64,000 nt of DNA from Octopus vulgaris (Eukaryota): assembly GCA_951406725.2 (NCBI GenBank), contig OX597817.1, forward strand, positions 106,950,001 to 107,014,000. Reading direction: 5' to 3'. Each line of letters starts with the position of its first letter. The stretch's first letter is position 1. The notes beneath the pieces were generated by a model. That model did no database searches. It was given only the letters and a program-made list of their open reading frames with translations, and was not told the origin of the DNA. The position numbers and the translations under genes were made by a program. This document shows positions 24,358 to 37,720 of the stretch, in pieces.

Positions 24358-26510
24358 TATTTCATTTCATTTGAGTTTGAGTCCATGCTCAGGCCAAGTC
24401 GAAGACTCCACCCTCAGAGTCTGGTGTGGTTGCCAGGTTGTATTCTCTGTTTAATTTTGACATGTGTAGGAGCGAGTTTGAGTCAGTTTGTGCTCGTTGT
24501 GTATATCCTGGGAGATGGGGTTCATCTCTAATGGTGCTTAAGTATCTATCCAGCTGCAATTTGAATGATTCCACACTGCATCCTGATAGATTTCTGACAT
24601 GTACCGGAATGGAGTTGAATAGTTGTGCTCCTCGAACCAACAGATTTGACTCTCGCAGGGTTTTTGCTGCCTGGCCAGCCTTTTTGTTGATTGGTGGTAG
24701 CTGGCAGCGTCTTCCGTGGCGCAGTGAGTGGTAGGTTTTGATACCAAAGTTTGGCACCTTTTGCTCTATCATTTTCCAAATGTATATAATTCGGTATCGC
24801 TTCAAATCTTCTTTCTATTGAGTACATCTTCAAGGTTTTGAGTCTTTGCCAATAGTCCAGGTCCCTTGTTTCTGAGAAGTATGAGGTAAAATTTCTTTGG
24901 AGCGATTCCATCTTAGATAGTTGGCCCTTTGTTGTTGGTGACCACAACTGAGAACAGTAGTCAATCCTTGGAAGTATTATACTGTTCCAGAGGGTTTTCA
25001 TTGTTGAGGTATCTCTTGATTTGAAGGTGCGCAAGATCCACTCGCTGTACTTTCTTGCAGTAAGACAGACTGAGTCAAGGTGTTCTCTGAATTTTAGGCT
25101 GGTTCCCATGTGGATGCCTAAATCTTTCACATACTGTTTTTCCATTATTTGTTGTCCTGATGGGTTTCTGTAGTTTGCTGTATTTTTCAGATCTTGATCT
25201 GTTCCGTAGCGAATTAGTTCAAACTTCTTATCATTGAACAACATGTTGTTTGTTTCCTGCCATTTATATATGGTGGTCAGGTCCTTTTGTAAGGCCTCTG
25301 TATCCACCTCGTCTTTGATTTGTCTCATGACCCTGGTGTCATCAGCAAAGGATGAGACGTTGCTGGTTGTATCTTCATCTATGTCAGAGATGAGGATGAG
25401 AAACAGGATTGGGCCGAGTACTGTACCCTGAGGAACACTGCTGGTCACAGGTGATGGTGTTGAATGGGTTCCATTCACAGTGACTGTTTGAGTTCTATTT
25501 GTAAGGAACTCATGTATCCATGTACCAACTTTTCCTCCTACTCCTAGCTTTCGAAGTTTGTGACCCAGGATGCCATGATCTACCTTGTCAAATGCCTTGG
25601 CAAAGTCGAGGTAAATAACATCTGTGTTGTATCCACTCTCTAGATTTTCTAGGATTTGGTCATGGTGTGCCAGTAGTTGGGAAAGACATGATCTACCTAA
25701 CCTGAATCCATGCTGGTTGCAATTCATCAGATTGTTAGATTCCAGGAACTCAACCAGTTTTCCACGAACTATTCTTTCGAAGACCTTGATAATGTGTGAT
25801 GTCAATGAGATTGGTCGGTAGTTCTTTGGTTTTGATTTGCTGTCCCCTTTATGTATTGGAGTTATGTGTGCTTCTTTATATGTATTTGGTATTTTGCCAT
25901 TCTCCATAGATTCCCTCCATATCATGTAAAGGGGTTTCAACAATTGTACCTTGCAGTTTTTAAGTATCATGGCATTGAAACCGTCAGGCCCTGCAGCCGA
26001 GTGCATGGAGAGCTTGTCTATGGCTCTTTCTATGTCTTCTGGGTTGAAATCAATGTCGGATAGGGTAGGTTTAGTATGGTCGATATCCTTGAAGAATTTT
26101 CCTGGGTCATGGATCTTCATGGTTTTAGATGGCTCACTGAAGACACTTTCATACTGTTGACCCAACATTTCTGCCATTTCAATAGGGTTATTCACTACAT
26201 CCCCATTTTGTCTCTGGAGAGGTCCTATTGTTGACTTGGTATTCGAGTATTTCTTTGCAAAACTGTAGAAACATTTTGGATTTTTCTTGATGTTTTCTAT
26301 GGCTCTCTTTTCTGCATTGTTACGTTCTTCATCATAGTGTTGTTTTAGATTGTCTTCTAATCTGTATATTTGGTCAAGGACTTTCTGTAATTCATGTTTT
26401 GATGTCAGCTTAGATGTTTTGTTTCTTAGTCTTGACCTTTTGCGCATCAGGATCTTTCGCTCCCGTGGTACAGGTTTTTTTGTGGATTTGGTATGTATGT
26501 ATTCATTGCC
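24358..26510 (-). mobile_element. 5'-truncated CR1-group LINE (RT) with one frameshift near 24800
   Basis: ORF 24546-26447 has NYRPISLTS, YLDFAKAFDKV, VPQGTVLGP, SFADD; the C-terminus continues in ORF 24389-24805 (RYRIIYIWK); tail CTCAAACTCAAATGAAATGAAAT. Confidence 0.93.
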
Positions 26511-26914
26511 ACGCTGTCTGTTGATTGGCTAAAATTACCCAAATTTCCCAACTTTAATTCCAAATAACGTCAGATTCTTTAACTAAAGCAATTGATTGAT
26601 CGTAATCAAAATTCAGAGTTGCATCGCTACACCAAAATTGAAAGCAATCTGAACAAAATTAAAAGGGGCTTATTTTGCGAATGAAAAAGACTAGAGCCTC
26701 ATTTAGAATTTTTCAGTCAGTGACAGAATTAGAATTCTACTTTAAAAAAAAAAAAAAAAACTTGGATTGAGTAATTTTTATTGTATAGTAGTAAAGCTTC
26801 AATTTTAAAGCAAACAGTAGCCAAAGAGATAAACACTGGACATTGTTCTCTTTAATGATTTGTCGTAGGAATTCATTTAAAAGATAAAATAAATGATGGT
26901 TTCAAGTTTTGGCA

Positions 26915-27740
26915 GGGCCAGCGGTTTCTGAGGAGAACAAGAAGTTGATTACATTGACCCCAGTACTTGGCAGGTACGTATTTTATCACTCACGAGAGGA
27001 TGATGAAAGGCAAAGTTGACCTCGGTAGAATTTGAACTCAGTACGTAAAGACGGATGAAATACTGCCAAGTATTTTGTCCGGCATGCTGACAGTTCTGTT
27101 AGCTCATTGCTTTAAAAGGTAAACTAAATAATTCTTTTTACTATATGCACAATGCCTGAAGTATGGTAGGAAGGAGGTTAGTCAATTATTTTTTTATTGC
27201 CCACAAGGGGCTAAACATAAGGGGACAAACATGGACAGACAATGGGACTAAGTCGATTACATCAACTCTCGTGTGTAACTGGTACTTAATTTATCGACCC
27301 CGAAAGGATGAAAGGCAAAGTCAACCTTGGCGGAATTTGAACTTAGAACATAACGGCAGACGAAATACCTATTTCTTTACTACACACAAGGGGCTAAACA
27401 CAGAGAGGACAGACAAACGGATTAAGTCGATTATGTCGACCCCTGTGTGTAACTGGTACTTATTTAATTGACCCCGAAAGGATGAAAGGCAAAGTCGACC
27501 TCGGCGGAATTTGAACTCAGAATGTAGCGGCAGACGAAATACCACTAAGCATTTCGCCCGATGTGCTATCGTTTCTGCCAGCTCACCGCCTTAGAGGTTA
27601 GTCAATTATATTGACCTCTGGTACTTATTTTATCGATCTTGAAAGATCGGCGATATTTCAATTCAGAAAGTAAAGACAGACGAAATGTCACTGAGCATTT
27701 TGTTCGGCATCTAACGATTCTTCAAACCCACCGCCTTAAA
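26915..27740 (-). mobile_element. Cluster of family-M-related SINEs, including a dimer (27190-27593) with a 16-bp TSD
   Basis: Four GAAAGGCAAAGTCGACC/GAACTCAG-type cores; GAGGTTAGTCAATTAT at 27174-27189 and 27594-27609. Confidence 0.85.
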
Positions 27741-28037
27741 GGTAAAAATAAATAATGAATGGAAATTGTAAGAGCAGAAACTTCCTCAGTTGCTATAGCA
27801 TTACTTTGCTTCCCCCATTCAACCAAAGCAATAAAAATGCATGCAAGTGCAATTGTAAGTAATTTTAGATAAGCTCAATTTCTGTATCAGCAAAGCTTTG
27901 TTGGCGCCCAGTTGTTCAGACAGCATGCTTGCAGAAGTAATTTTAATGAGCTAATTTCAAAATTTTTTAAGATATCAGTTTCATTTTGTTACGCTAGCTG
28001 GCACACAAGAATTTTTGTTTCTGGAAAAAATTTACTA

Positions 28038-28450
28038 GGTGCAGGAATGGCTGTGTAGTTAAGAAGCTCACTTTGCAGCCATGTGGTTTCTGTTTCAGTC
28101 CCACTGCACGACACTTTGGGTGAACAAATGTTTTCTGCTATCGCTCCAGGCCGACCAGTGTCTTGTGAGTGAATTTGGTAGAAGGAAGTGTGTGGAAGCC
28201 CATTGTTTGTATCTATATATATATATATGTGTGTGTGCCTTTGGGTTTGCTCCCTACCTCCGCTTGACAACCAGTGCTGGTTTGTTTACGTCCTCGTAGC
28301 TTAGCGGTTCGGCAAAAGAAACCGATAGAATAAGTATCAAACTTTTAGAAAACAAATACTGGTGTTAATTTGTTCGGCTAAACTCTTCAAGTGGTACCCC
28401 TGCATAGCCACGGTCCAATTAATTGAAACAAATAAAATGATAAAAAATAA
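28038..28450 (+). mobile_element. Full-length family-O SINE
   Basis: Head, core, internal TA/TG microsatellite and 3' body collinear with 29877-30312. Confidence 0.8.
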
Positions 28451-28990
28451 AAAAGATATTAGCAAATGTTAATGCAGTGCTTCGTTATTCAACTGGTAAT
28501 TGAAATGGTGTTTTATAAAAAAAAAAGAGGAAAGAAAAATTACAAAATTAAGAGTTTTCAACTCAAATTACAAGGCAAACTGAAGAATTTTTAATGATGT
28601 ATTCACAACAAATGCATAACTGCCCTTTTTATCATATAATTTATCCGTTGCTACGCTGTGGGTAAAAATATTTGTTAATAATGCACGTACCTTTTTTTAA
28701 CAGTAGACTGTTATATAGTGAAAATCTCATTAGTTACTATGGTGATAACAGTATACCTATCTATATTTCACACACACACACACACACTCTCCCTCCCCTT
28801 TTACCTCTCCTTGTAAATACGCCTTGTGACGTATATTTTGATTCCTCTCCTTCTTCCCACCTCTAATAGATGTGACGGACAAACAGAGATCTGTTTCTCT
28901 TTTATAATATAAGGTTACCAGGCTGTATTTTAAAATTACTACGATCTTAATTTCTATAAATCATAAAGAGTAAAATATGTTTTGATTTGT

Positions 28991-29643
28991 AGATATTGTT
29001 AAATTTCTTCCAACTATTTGAAGTATTTAAAATTTGCACCTGTATATTTTCAAAAACTGTAATTTTGATGTAATTTTGAATTCTGATGATGAAAATCTCA
29101 TTTTTTCCCCTAGAAATCTATAAAGAAGTTACTATTATAATACAAATTTTGTGTTTATGTTTACATGCAATAAACTTATTTAGTGTTGTTGTGAATTTAT
29201 GACCATATTATGATGCTTGGTGTTCTAATTATGAATGAAATAATACAATTCTTGATCAAATAGATCTGAGGTCAATGGCATTCAAACCAATTCCATCTTG
29301 TTTTCACAAATAGTTTATATCCAACTACATCATATAATGCATTCTCCTCTTTGATTTTTAGACATTATAGTGTAGGTTAAGGCTGCTGTTTCTAGCAGGT
29401 CGAGAGACAACATAAAGATTTCATCTTTGTTGTCCTTGTTGACTTACGACATGTCGGCAATGAAGGCTTTCGATTGGCTAAAATCACATAACTTTAAAGG
29501 TCTGTAACTTTGCTTAATTTCTAGAGGGGAAAAAAATACGATTTTTGTCATTAGCCTGCAAAAATATATCAGTGTAGAAAACTTGAGGCTACAGGTGGAA
29601 ATTTGAAATACTTCAAGTGGTGGGAAGAAATTTAACAAGATCC
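28991..29643. mobile_element. Older GGATCT-terminated MITE with ~130-bp TIRs
   Basis: AGATATTGTTAAATTTCTTCC..TTGAAGTATTT versus AAATACTTCAA..GGAAGAAATTTAACAAGATCC; no clean TSD. Confidence 0.65.
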
Positions 29644-29876
29644 ATTGTAAATAATTTATGCAAGAAGATCTGAAACAATGAAATAATACTCATTTTCAAT
29701 TTGTTATAATTTCACGAAACAATATCGAAAGGCCGTCATATTTGAAAATGTTTATAAAAAAATGAACATATAACAATCATATTTGGGTGTAAAACAACGT
29801 GTAGGAAACGAATATGAAAAAAAAATGTGCGCAAAGCAATGAGAGGGCGGGGAGAGGACTTCGAAAAATTCACATA

Positions 29877-30312
29877 GACGCAGGAGTGGCTGTGTGGTAA
29901 GTTATAGGCACAAGAGTGGCTATGTGGTAAGTAGCTTGCTTACCAACCACATGGTTTCAGGTTCAGTTCCACTGCGTGGCACCTTGGGCAAGTCTCTTCT
30001 ACTATAGCCTCGGGTCGACCAAAGCCTTGTGAGTGGATTTGGTAGACGGAAACTGAAAGAAGCTCGTCGTATATATATATATGTGTGTGTGTGTGTATGT
30101 ATATGTTTGTGTGTCTGTGTTTGTCCGTCCCCCCCAACATCGCTTGACAACCGATGGTGGTGTGTTTACGTCACTTAGCGGTTCGGCAAGAAAGACCGAT
30201 AGAATAAGTACTAGGGTTACAAAGAACAAGTCCTGGGGTCAATTTGCTCGACTAAAGGTGGTGCTCCAGTATGGCCACAGTCAAATGACTGAAACAAATA
30301 AAATAAAAGAAT
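29877..30312 (+). mobile_element. Full-length family-O tRNA-derived SINE with duplicated head
   Basis: A-box TGGCTGTGTGG, B-box-like GGTTCAGTTCC, CORE-like ACCTTGGGCAAGT, internal microsatellite, A-rich tail. Further copies at 13620-13792(-), 33215-33735, 36835-37118(-), 39977-40255(-), 50515-50855(-), 60684-60865, 63158-63300. Confidence 0.88.
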
Positions 30313-31164
30313 AAGATCTGAGCTTTTCCCTTATAACTTTTAGGAAAATGGGGTTTTACACCCATTCCAGTATTTTTGGGGGATTTTCATTTCGGGGTCA
30401 AGAAGTAAACATTAACCTTGGTAAGCTAATGTTAAATATATAGCTTTATGTTTAATTCTTTTATTGGCTTCAACTTTTAGCACATTTGTAGCTTCTGGTC
30501 TTGACATTCAGTTCCTTGTGAACATTTTTATATGGCAATGCTGCTCACATGATCCTTGGACTACATTCACACTATCACACAGCAAGTCTGTTTAACTTGC
30601 CACAAAGATAATTTTATATTCAGTGTTAAACTTCACTTCTTCCTCACATTACAACACAGTTTTTACTATCTGCACTCTATATCTTGCTAAGAACTATAGG
30701 GAGAAATATCTCGCCACTTAGCAATTGAAAAATAAACAGTAAGGTGAATACATGTGCATACTGAATGTGACTCACTCCACTATCTTAACTCTTACTGTAC
30801 CACAGAGAGAGAAAAGAGAGAGAGAGTAGTAGTAGTAGTAGTTTCCTCGCCAACCCATCCTTCCCTTACTATGATAGAACTTGATAAAATAACACGTGAA
30901 GAAATTAAGTCAACAAATACATGAAGGATAGGAAGTGTCTCCATGTAGTCACTCAATCTACTAAAAATAGCAGACATTTCCCTAACTACCCTGTCCTGCC
31001 TTTTAATTAAATGGAGGAGATATTGAATTGTGTAGTCCAAGATAAACTCTGCCTGAAATGGGATAGTAAATGATAGAATGCCTTTGATCATAGGTCTGTA
31101 AGACCAGGGATGACCGGGAGGCGATGTGTTAACACCACCAATATAGCAGCAATCAAAAAACTGA

Positions 31165-31353
31165 TATAAAGGGAGCTGAAAAGTTTCTGGCTTTGGTTAA
31201 AAGAAAATACAGGAAGATCACTCTCAGATTCACACTCTTATTGCAGCGATCCTTCAGTTTTTCTAAGCTCTGTAAAAAATTCAGAAGGTTGGTCCTCCAG
31301 CCAGGCCTTTCGTGACACCCTCAAAGGCAGGAACCTTTTAGCACCCCTTCGTA
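31165..31353. mobile_element. Tc1/mariner-type MITE
   Basis: TA-TAAAGGGAGCTGAAAAGTTTCTGGCTTT versus AAAGGCAGGAACCTTTTAGCACCCCTTCG-TA. Confidence 0.65.
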
Positions 31354-31519
31354 ATTTAATATTACCAAAATAAATTAAAAGCGAAAGGCAATAGATATAA
31401 TCCTTCATCTTTTCAACATCGCAAGTAGTATAATCACTGGAATTGAAAGGATGAATGACAAAGTCAACCTCGGTGGACTTTGAACTCAGAACAGGAAGAG
31501 GTGGATTAACACAATCGGT

Positions 31520-32170
31520 CAGTGGCTGCTGTGAAAAATATGGTGAAACGAAAAAGGGCCAGGGATTAGGTTAGGGGTTATGCCCCTTGGTTGGGTATGC
31601 TGTGAGACCAGTAAGAATTATCTTGAAGTGTTTGTGGGGAAAGTGTGCATTATTAATTATGATGCTCCTGTGGGGATGGGGTGTGTGATATGTGTAGTTG
31701 TGCCATATGCATAATTTTTTTCAGGGAGTGTTTAAATATATATAGCTGTGTTCGTTGGTCTGTTTTCTTTCTGTAAAAAATAAGGTCGTGGGAGGGGTTT
31801 TATGTTAGCGTGCGGTGTGTAATATGTGAGGGGTGGAGGAGGTGGAAGAAGTCTATTTTGTGGGGTGTGTGCCTTATAGGAGTGTGCGTGTGTGTACTTG
31901 GTCAAACTTTTTGCTGGGCCTGAGGGCATTGGTGGAAGGTCGAGGCCAGGGACCTGTGGATGCAGTTATGGTAGGGTGCGCATATACGACAGAATGTACT
32001 TCCTTTTATGCGGGCAAGTATTAAACATTTCACTCCTGCTATTCAGGTAAACACCCAGGTGTTAGGTAATAATCCAAGATTTTTATCCCCTGAGGAATTC
32101 TGATTTTAACCTGGAACCTGACAGTGTTGACAGCTCTATATTCAGGCAAATGCTTCTCTGGAAATACTTT
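31520..32170 (-). mobile_element. Penelope-like element 3' fragment
   Basis: - strand YLNSRSEMFNTCPHKRKYIL resembles the LNxRSExxxxCxH C-terminus of PLE GIY-YIG proteins; followed by a C/A-rich UTR. Confidence 0.6.
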
Positions 32171-32615
32171 ACACCCCACCTAACCTTAGACTTTAGCTCT
32201 CTCTCTCTCTCTTTATCTATGTGTATGTATATATATATATATATATCTCAGTTCGAGTTATTACCTCCTTTGGTGTAACACATGGACAAAACAACCAGTT
32301 CACAGAAACAACAGAAAATATTATAGATGGCAATTATGGTGATGATGTGTCAGTGTTCTGATCTAACCCTGATCCCACCTGAAAAAAACTATCACCCCAT
32401 GATAATCCGTCACACAACCGAAGTCTGGAATAATGATTTTTCAGGCGATTCTTTTTCTATGTGCTTCTAAAAAGAGAACAAATCTTTTGCATCAATTATA
32501 TCTAGTATTTTAAAAAGCCTAATTAAGTAAAAAGAAAAATACTAGAGTTCTGGAAAATTATACGGGAAGAGAAAAACAAAATAAAATTGAAACTCGTTCG
32601 TGGCCGTGTGGTAAG

Positions 32616-32860
32616 TGTGCTAATGTTTCTGGCAGAAACGTTAGCACGTCGGGCGAAATGCTTAGCGGTATTTCATCAGTCTTTACATTCTGAGTTCAAA
32701 TTTCACTGAGGTCGACTTTGCCTTTCATCCTTTCGGGGTCAATAAATTAAGTACCAGTTACGTACTGAGGTCGATGTAATCGACTTAGTCCCTTTGTCTG
32801 TTCTTGTTTGTCCCCTCTATGTCTAGCCCCTTGTGGGTAATAAAGAAATGAAAGAAATAA
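32616..32860 (+). mobile_element. Family-M SINE nested in the head of a family-O SINE
   Basis: O head GTGGCCGTGTGGTAAG | M element | GAAGTTTGCTTCCCAAC, where the O sequence resumes. Confidence 0.85.
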
Positions 32861-33837
32861 GAAGTTTGCTTCCCAACATTATTCCCGGTTCAAACCCACT
32901 GTGTGGCACCTTGGGCAAGTGTCTTCTACTATAGCTTTAGACTGACCAAAGCCATGTGAATGGATTTGGTAGACAAAAACTGAAAGAAGCTCGTCGAATA
33001 TATATTTTATACAATAAAACAGCATTTGTGTGTGTGTGTGTGCACGTGCGCGCATGTTCCTTATGGAGTATCACCTGAACAATTTAATTGATCATACTGA
33101 GCTCAGTACGTATTTCAATCTGACAATTATTTTATAGCTCTCTGCTTGATGAACTGCTAACTTTGAAACACAATTCTCGATTTAACAACAAATGTCAACG
33201 TACACACATATTAGGTACAAGAATGACTGTGTGATTGAGAAATTTGCTTCCTAACCACATGGTTCCATGTTCAGTTCCTCTGCGTGGTACCTTGGACAAG
33301 TGTTTTCTACTATAGAACTACGCCAACCACAGACTTACGACTGAATTTGGTAGACGGTAACTGAGGCGTTGTTCATAAGAAAATGACTGAAAAACATGTT
33401 TATAAAGAAGAGCTGTTTGCTTCATATACCTTGTGTGCCGATTCTGCCATAAGAAAGGAACAAATAATACTATGTGACTGTAGGTCATAACATCCGGGCA
33501 ACGCTGAGGTGCATTGCTAGTATATGTGTGTTTGTGTGTCTTCCACCGCTTGATAACTGGTGTTGGTGTGTTTACGTGGCTGTAACTTAGTGATTCTGCA
33601 AAAGGTATCGATAGAATACCAGTATTTAAAAAAAAACATAAATAGTGGGGTTGATTCATTCCACTAAAATTTTTCTAGACAGTGCTGTAGCATGGCCGCA
33701 GTCTAATGAGTGAAACAAGTAAAAGGTTAAAAGATTCAAGATTAGCCTTAATGGAATTTACAAAAGCTGGATAATGAAATGCAGAAACACTTAATAAGTA
33801 GAACTTTTTATGTTCATATATATCATATAAGCATTAT

Positions 33838-33867
33838 GACCCGGCAACGCCGGGTCATAGTGCTAGT
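33838..33867 (+). mobile_element. Helitron 3' terminus
   Basis: GACCCGGC-AAC-GCCGGGTC hairpin followed by ATAGTGCTAG|T. Confidence 0.7.
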
Positions 33868-33949
33868 GCATGTATATATGTGTACATATATATATATATA
33901 TATATACATCTACACATAAAATACAAAGTTATATCTTGATATCGCTAGT

Positions 33950-34805
33950 GATAACAATACTCAAAATATATAACAGACTGGAATTGTAGGCCCGTCTCTT
34001 GCAATTTCAATCAATTGTATCTTGTCCTCCCTCTTGTATAGAAGTGTGGCTACAATCCAGCCTACCTCTACTTCTGGGGGGACATTTTTAATTTTTATTC
34101 GGGACGTCCCAGATATAAAGGTAAAAATTAAATATTTCCACTTTGCAAGGTTCGAGTCGAGTACTCCCTTGCACGCTCCGTTGACTCAAACCTTGCTTCT
34201 ATTGTGGCAAATTTACCGCCTCTGGTTAGATACTTGATATCTTTCATAGTCACACCAAGACACTTTTCGATGGTGCTTTCCTCCAGGTGTTCAAATCTTT
34301 TTTTTTCTCTACATTGTATACTTTATAGACAATAGTCTTTTCTTTCATTTAATTTTTTATTTCGTTTGGTCGTGTTATCCTAGATTCATCGTCTTTGTCG
34401 GTGATCAATCTGAAATAGGTTTGTATTTCTTCCAATTTAATTTTAATGAGTTCGCGCCCACTGACGGCTGCAGTGAAATTCATTTTTGGACTTTCTTCTA
34501 TTGAAGACATTTTAATAAAAATGCTTCCGTATAAACGGTGAAAATATTGTCAATTTCCCCAAACAGGGACACAATTCAATTTTTAAACAAAAAGGGGGAG
34601 GGTTACAGTTTACAATTATTTAACAAATGCAATACAACAATGCTTCCCTTACAAGGAACCAACAAACGTGATAACAATAGTTAAACAGTAATAATAATAA
34701 CAACAAACCTTACGGTGAATCAAAAAGCAGTACGCAGTTGAAGTTATAGTCCTTTATGGATCAGAAATAAACCAACAGCAGTACTCAGTAGAAGCGTCTG
34801 TTCGA
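33950..34805 (-). mobile_element. 5' UTR and ORF1 N-terminal relic of an L1/Tx1-like element
   Basis: From ATG at 34510: MSSIEESPKMNFTAAVSG...STIEKCLG..DIKYLTRG..TIEARF...PLYLG..SRIKIKNVPPEVEVGWIVATLL, aligning with 8200-8520 (ETIEKAL..DITYLAS..TVEVHF..PTYLG..SRVRVEGISPEIDVAWLAVTVL). Confidence 0.7.
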
Positions 34806-36388
34806 GAAAACAGACATTACATACAGCCAAACTTCATATAGATACTTAATGCTAGCTAATTAGCAGATAATCTAATGTAAAAGCCGTGGTAAAGGGTATG
34901 TGAACAGCTCCATTTCTATTCCGTTTCTGCACTTAAATTTTATTTTTTATTTATTCCCATTCATGTGAAACCACTTATTCAAGTTCAAGTCATTGATGCA
35001 ATTTTATACCAATTGCTATTTTTACTTTTAACTGTTATGTTACGATTTAATTATTATATTATACTTTAGTTTGATTTTAAAATTTGAATGAAATTGGTTG
35101 TGTAATTCTCAAGTTTTAGAGAAACACACAGACAGACACACACACAATCTCAGTTTTATATATATAGAGATAAACATGTACATCTTTTAGAACATTCTCA
35201 TTTTATAAGATTTTGCTGGCAAATTTTAAAATTAACATTTATTTACATGAAAGAAAATTACCGGAAAACTTTCATTTAATTCTTTCAGATCTTTCTATTA
35301 CAACTATATTGAAACCATTTGTGGGGAATTTTTTTTTTATCACAGCAACTGGTCGCACACCACAAGGTTTAACAGAACCTAATGATAAGCATTTTAGAAA
35401 TCAGAGATTAGTCTGCACGGTATCGGCTTGCTCATATACATTCTTATCTGTATTCCATTGTTTGAAGATGTCATGCTTGTTTTCTGTTGTAAGAACATTT
35501 TTACATTACTGCAATGATAAGCTTGACAGTTCTCACTTGCATTCACATTATAAATTCTTCATTCTCACGAAAGAAAACGAAAGCAATTATTTTAGTTTAA
35601 ATCACGCGAGTTTTAACAAGTCAAAGAAGGTAACTAATAAACGTAGAAACGTGACACAAGCCAAGCTAAACTAAATAAGTAAATAAATAGGTTATTTAAA
35701 ATATTACCCTAAAGTGATATAACGCAAATGTCGAATATTTTACTATGAAGGTGGTAGTTCCTATGAGAATGCTTTGACTGAAAACAAATGAGACAAACTA
35801 AAGCTATAAAAATAAATGAGACAAACCCTCTATATATCCTCCTTGACATAAATTTTGGCATCGTTGTATATTATTGTTTGGGCTAATGTTTACAAGTACA
35901 CCGGCACGCAAAAATCGACCTTTTTTTTCTTAAAATTTTTTTTTTCAGCGGATTCTTATGTTTTCGATGACGGGGATTCTGAATATGCCAAAAACCATGT
36001 TTTCAAAATTTCAAACTACCCCTCTCCACCCCAAATTTTAAAAATTTAACTTTCTTTCGAAAACTTTTTTTCAATCTTCGTGGAAAAATATGGAGATTAA
36101 GAATATAGAAAAAAAAAAAATTAATTTCAAATTTTCTGTGAGAAAACTCCAAAATTGATTCATACACCTCGCTTCATTCCATCCCGCTATCTAAAAGTGA
36201 AAATGAACGGCTTGTGTGTGCGCGTGCAAATGAACAGAGAAAATACACCAAAATATGTTTTGCAGACCTGTCGTATACGTCGGTTTTGCTTTTTCGCTTT
36301 AAAGGTAAACGGTCCTGATAGAAGCAAACATGATATTCAATAATATGTTTGTCTTCTTCATTTAGAAAGAACTAGCAGAGATACCCGG

Positions 36389-36790
36389 GGATCTTTTCGG
36401 TTTGAACGGCAGTTTTTTAAAATAATTTCCACGTAACTAAACACTTTTAAATTTCGTATGCTGGTAGAATGTGTTTATAAAACATCTTTTTCTCTTGGCT
36501 TTATTGAGAAAATTCTATAGTTTGTAAGATATTTGTTGTTGGTTTTTCTGCAATTTCAACCAATCAATGACGTCTATTGAGATGAAAACATTCTGTGCCG
36601 TATGAATATGTCCCTCGTTTAAGAAACAGATTGGGTTTATTTACATTTGTGAAGAAAAAAAATACTCTTCCCCCCACCCCTAACCCTAAAACAGATTGAA
36701 ATGCGATAGATCGATACTAGGGTCATAATTATGGGTGACAATTTCATATGACACCGCTAGAAAAAACTGCCGTTCAAACCGAAAAGATCC
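36389..36790. mobile_element. Merlin-type MITE
   Basis: Perfect TIR GGATCTTTTCGGTTTGAACGGCAGTTTTTT; exact 8-bp TSD ATACCCGG (36381-36388, 36791-36798); inserted into a Helitron-like 3' end. Confidence 0.95.
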
Positions 36791-37121
36791 ATACCCGGCC
36801 TTACTCAGGATTAAAATGGAATACATTTTTATTGTTTTACTTGTTTCAGTCATGTGACTTCGGCCATGCTGGAGCACCGCCGTTGGTTGAAGAAATCAAC
36901 CACAGGATATATTCTTTGTAAACCCAGTACTCATTCTGTCAGTGTCTCTAATCAAACCGCTAAGTTACGGGAATGTAAACGCAGTAACATCAGTTGTCAA
37001 GCAATGGTGGGGGTTCAAACACAAGATACGCACACACATACACATATATACGACAGTCTTCTTTCAGTTTTCGAGTACGAAATCCACTCACAAGGTTTTG
37101 GTCGACCTGAGGCTATAATAA

Positions 37122-37152
<31 letters not shown>

Positions 37153-37545
37153 CTGGCAGCTAAGCCCGGTTTCACCCGGTCTGTTTGGATGATGTGGATG
37201 TGATCGTTTTCGGTTAGGTATAATCTATATCAGCGTTTGTCAACCATATCATTTCGGGTCCCCTATTTCGATTGGAGCCTCCAACTGACCTCACCCTGTC
37301 AGAAAACAGTTTCTAAGCAACTGATTGTTTTAATAGCAGAAATAGGGAAATTCCATTAGAAAAGGTTTTAATTGATTTTCTCGGTAAGTATAGGGGTTAG
37401 GAAAAAAATACAAACTGCATTCCAATCTATGCACCTGTCTCCACATGTGTGCCATTTTTCACGCGAATCCACTCAGCCGTTTGGCTGTGAACATCAAGAC
37501 AAGAAAGAATACAACGATCGCCCATGTCCAATTATATATATATAA
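37153..37545 (-). mobile_element. Non-autonomous Helitron-like element
   Basis: Left end A-CTGG (degenerate CTAG) plus a CCGG-tttcac-CCGG hairpin-like motif; right end runs into TATATA. Confidence 0.55.
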
Positions 37546-37720
37546 AATACATCCGGACAACTAGGTGATACAAAAAGGGACAACAAAACATCCAGGTAGA
37601 CGATACAAAGAAAACAAGGACGGGTCATTCGAAGTTTTCTATCTTCAGTCAAGAATCAGATAATCCTCGCAATTTCAGCTGATTATCCTTGAGATTGCTC
37701 CAATCTGATATATATATATA

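Noticed and set aside
35213-35674. 153-aa ORF
   Set aside because: Non-ATG start, AT-rich composition and no recognisable domain
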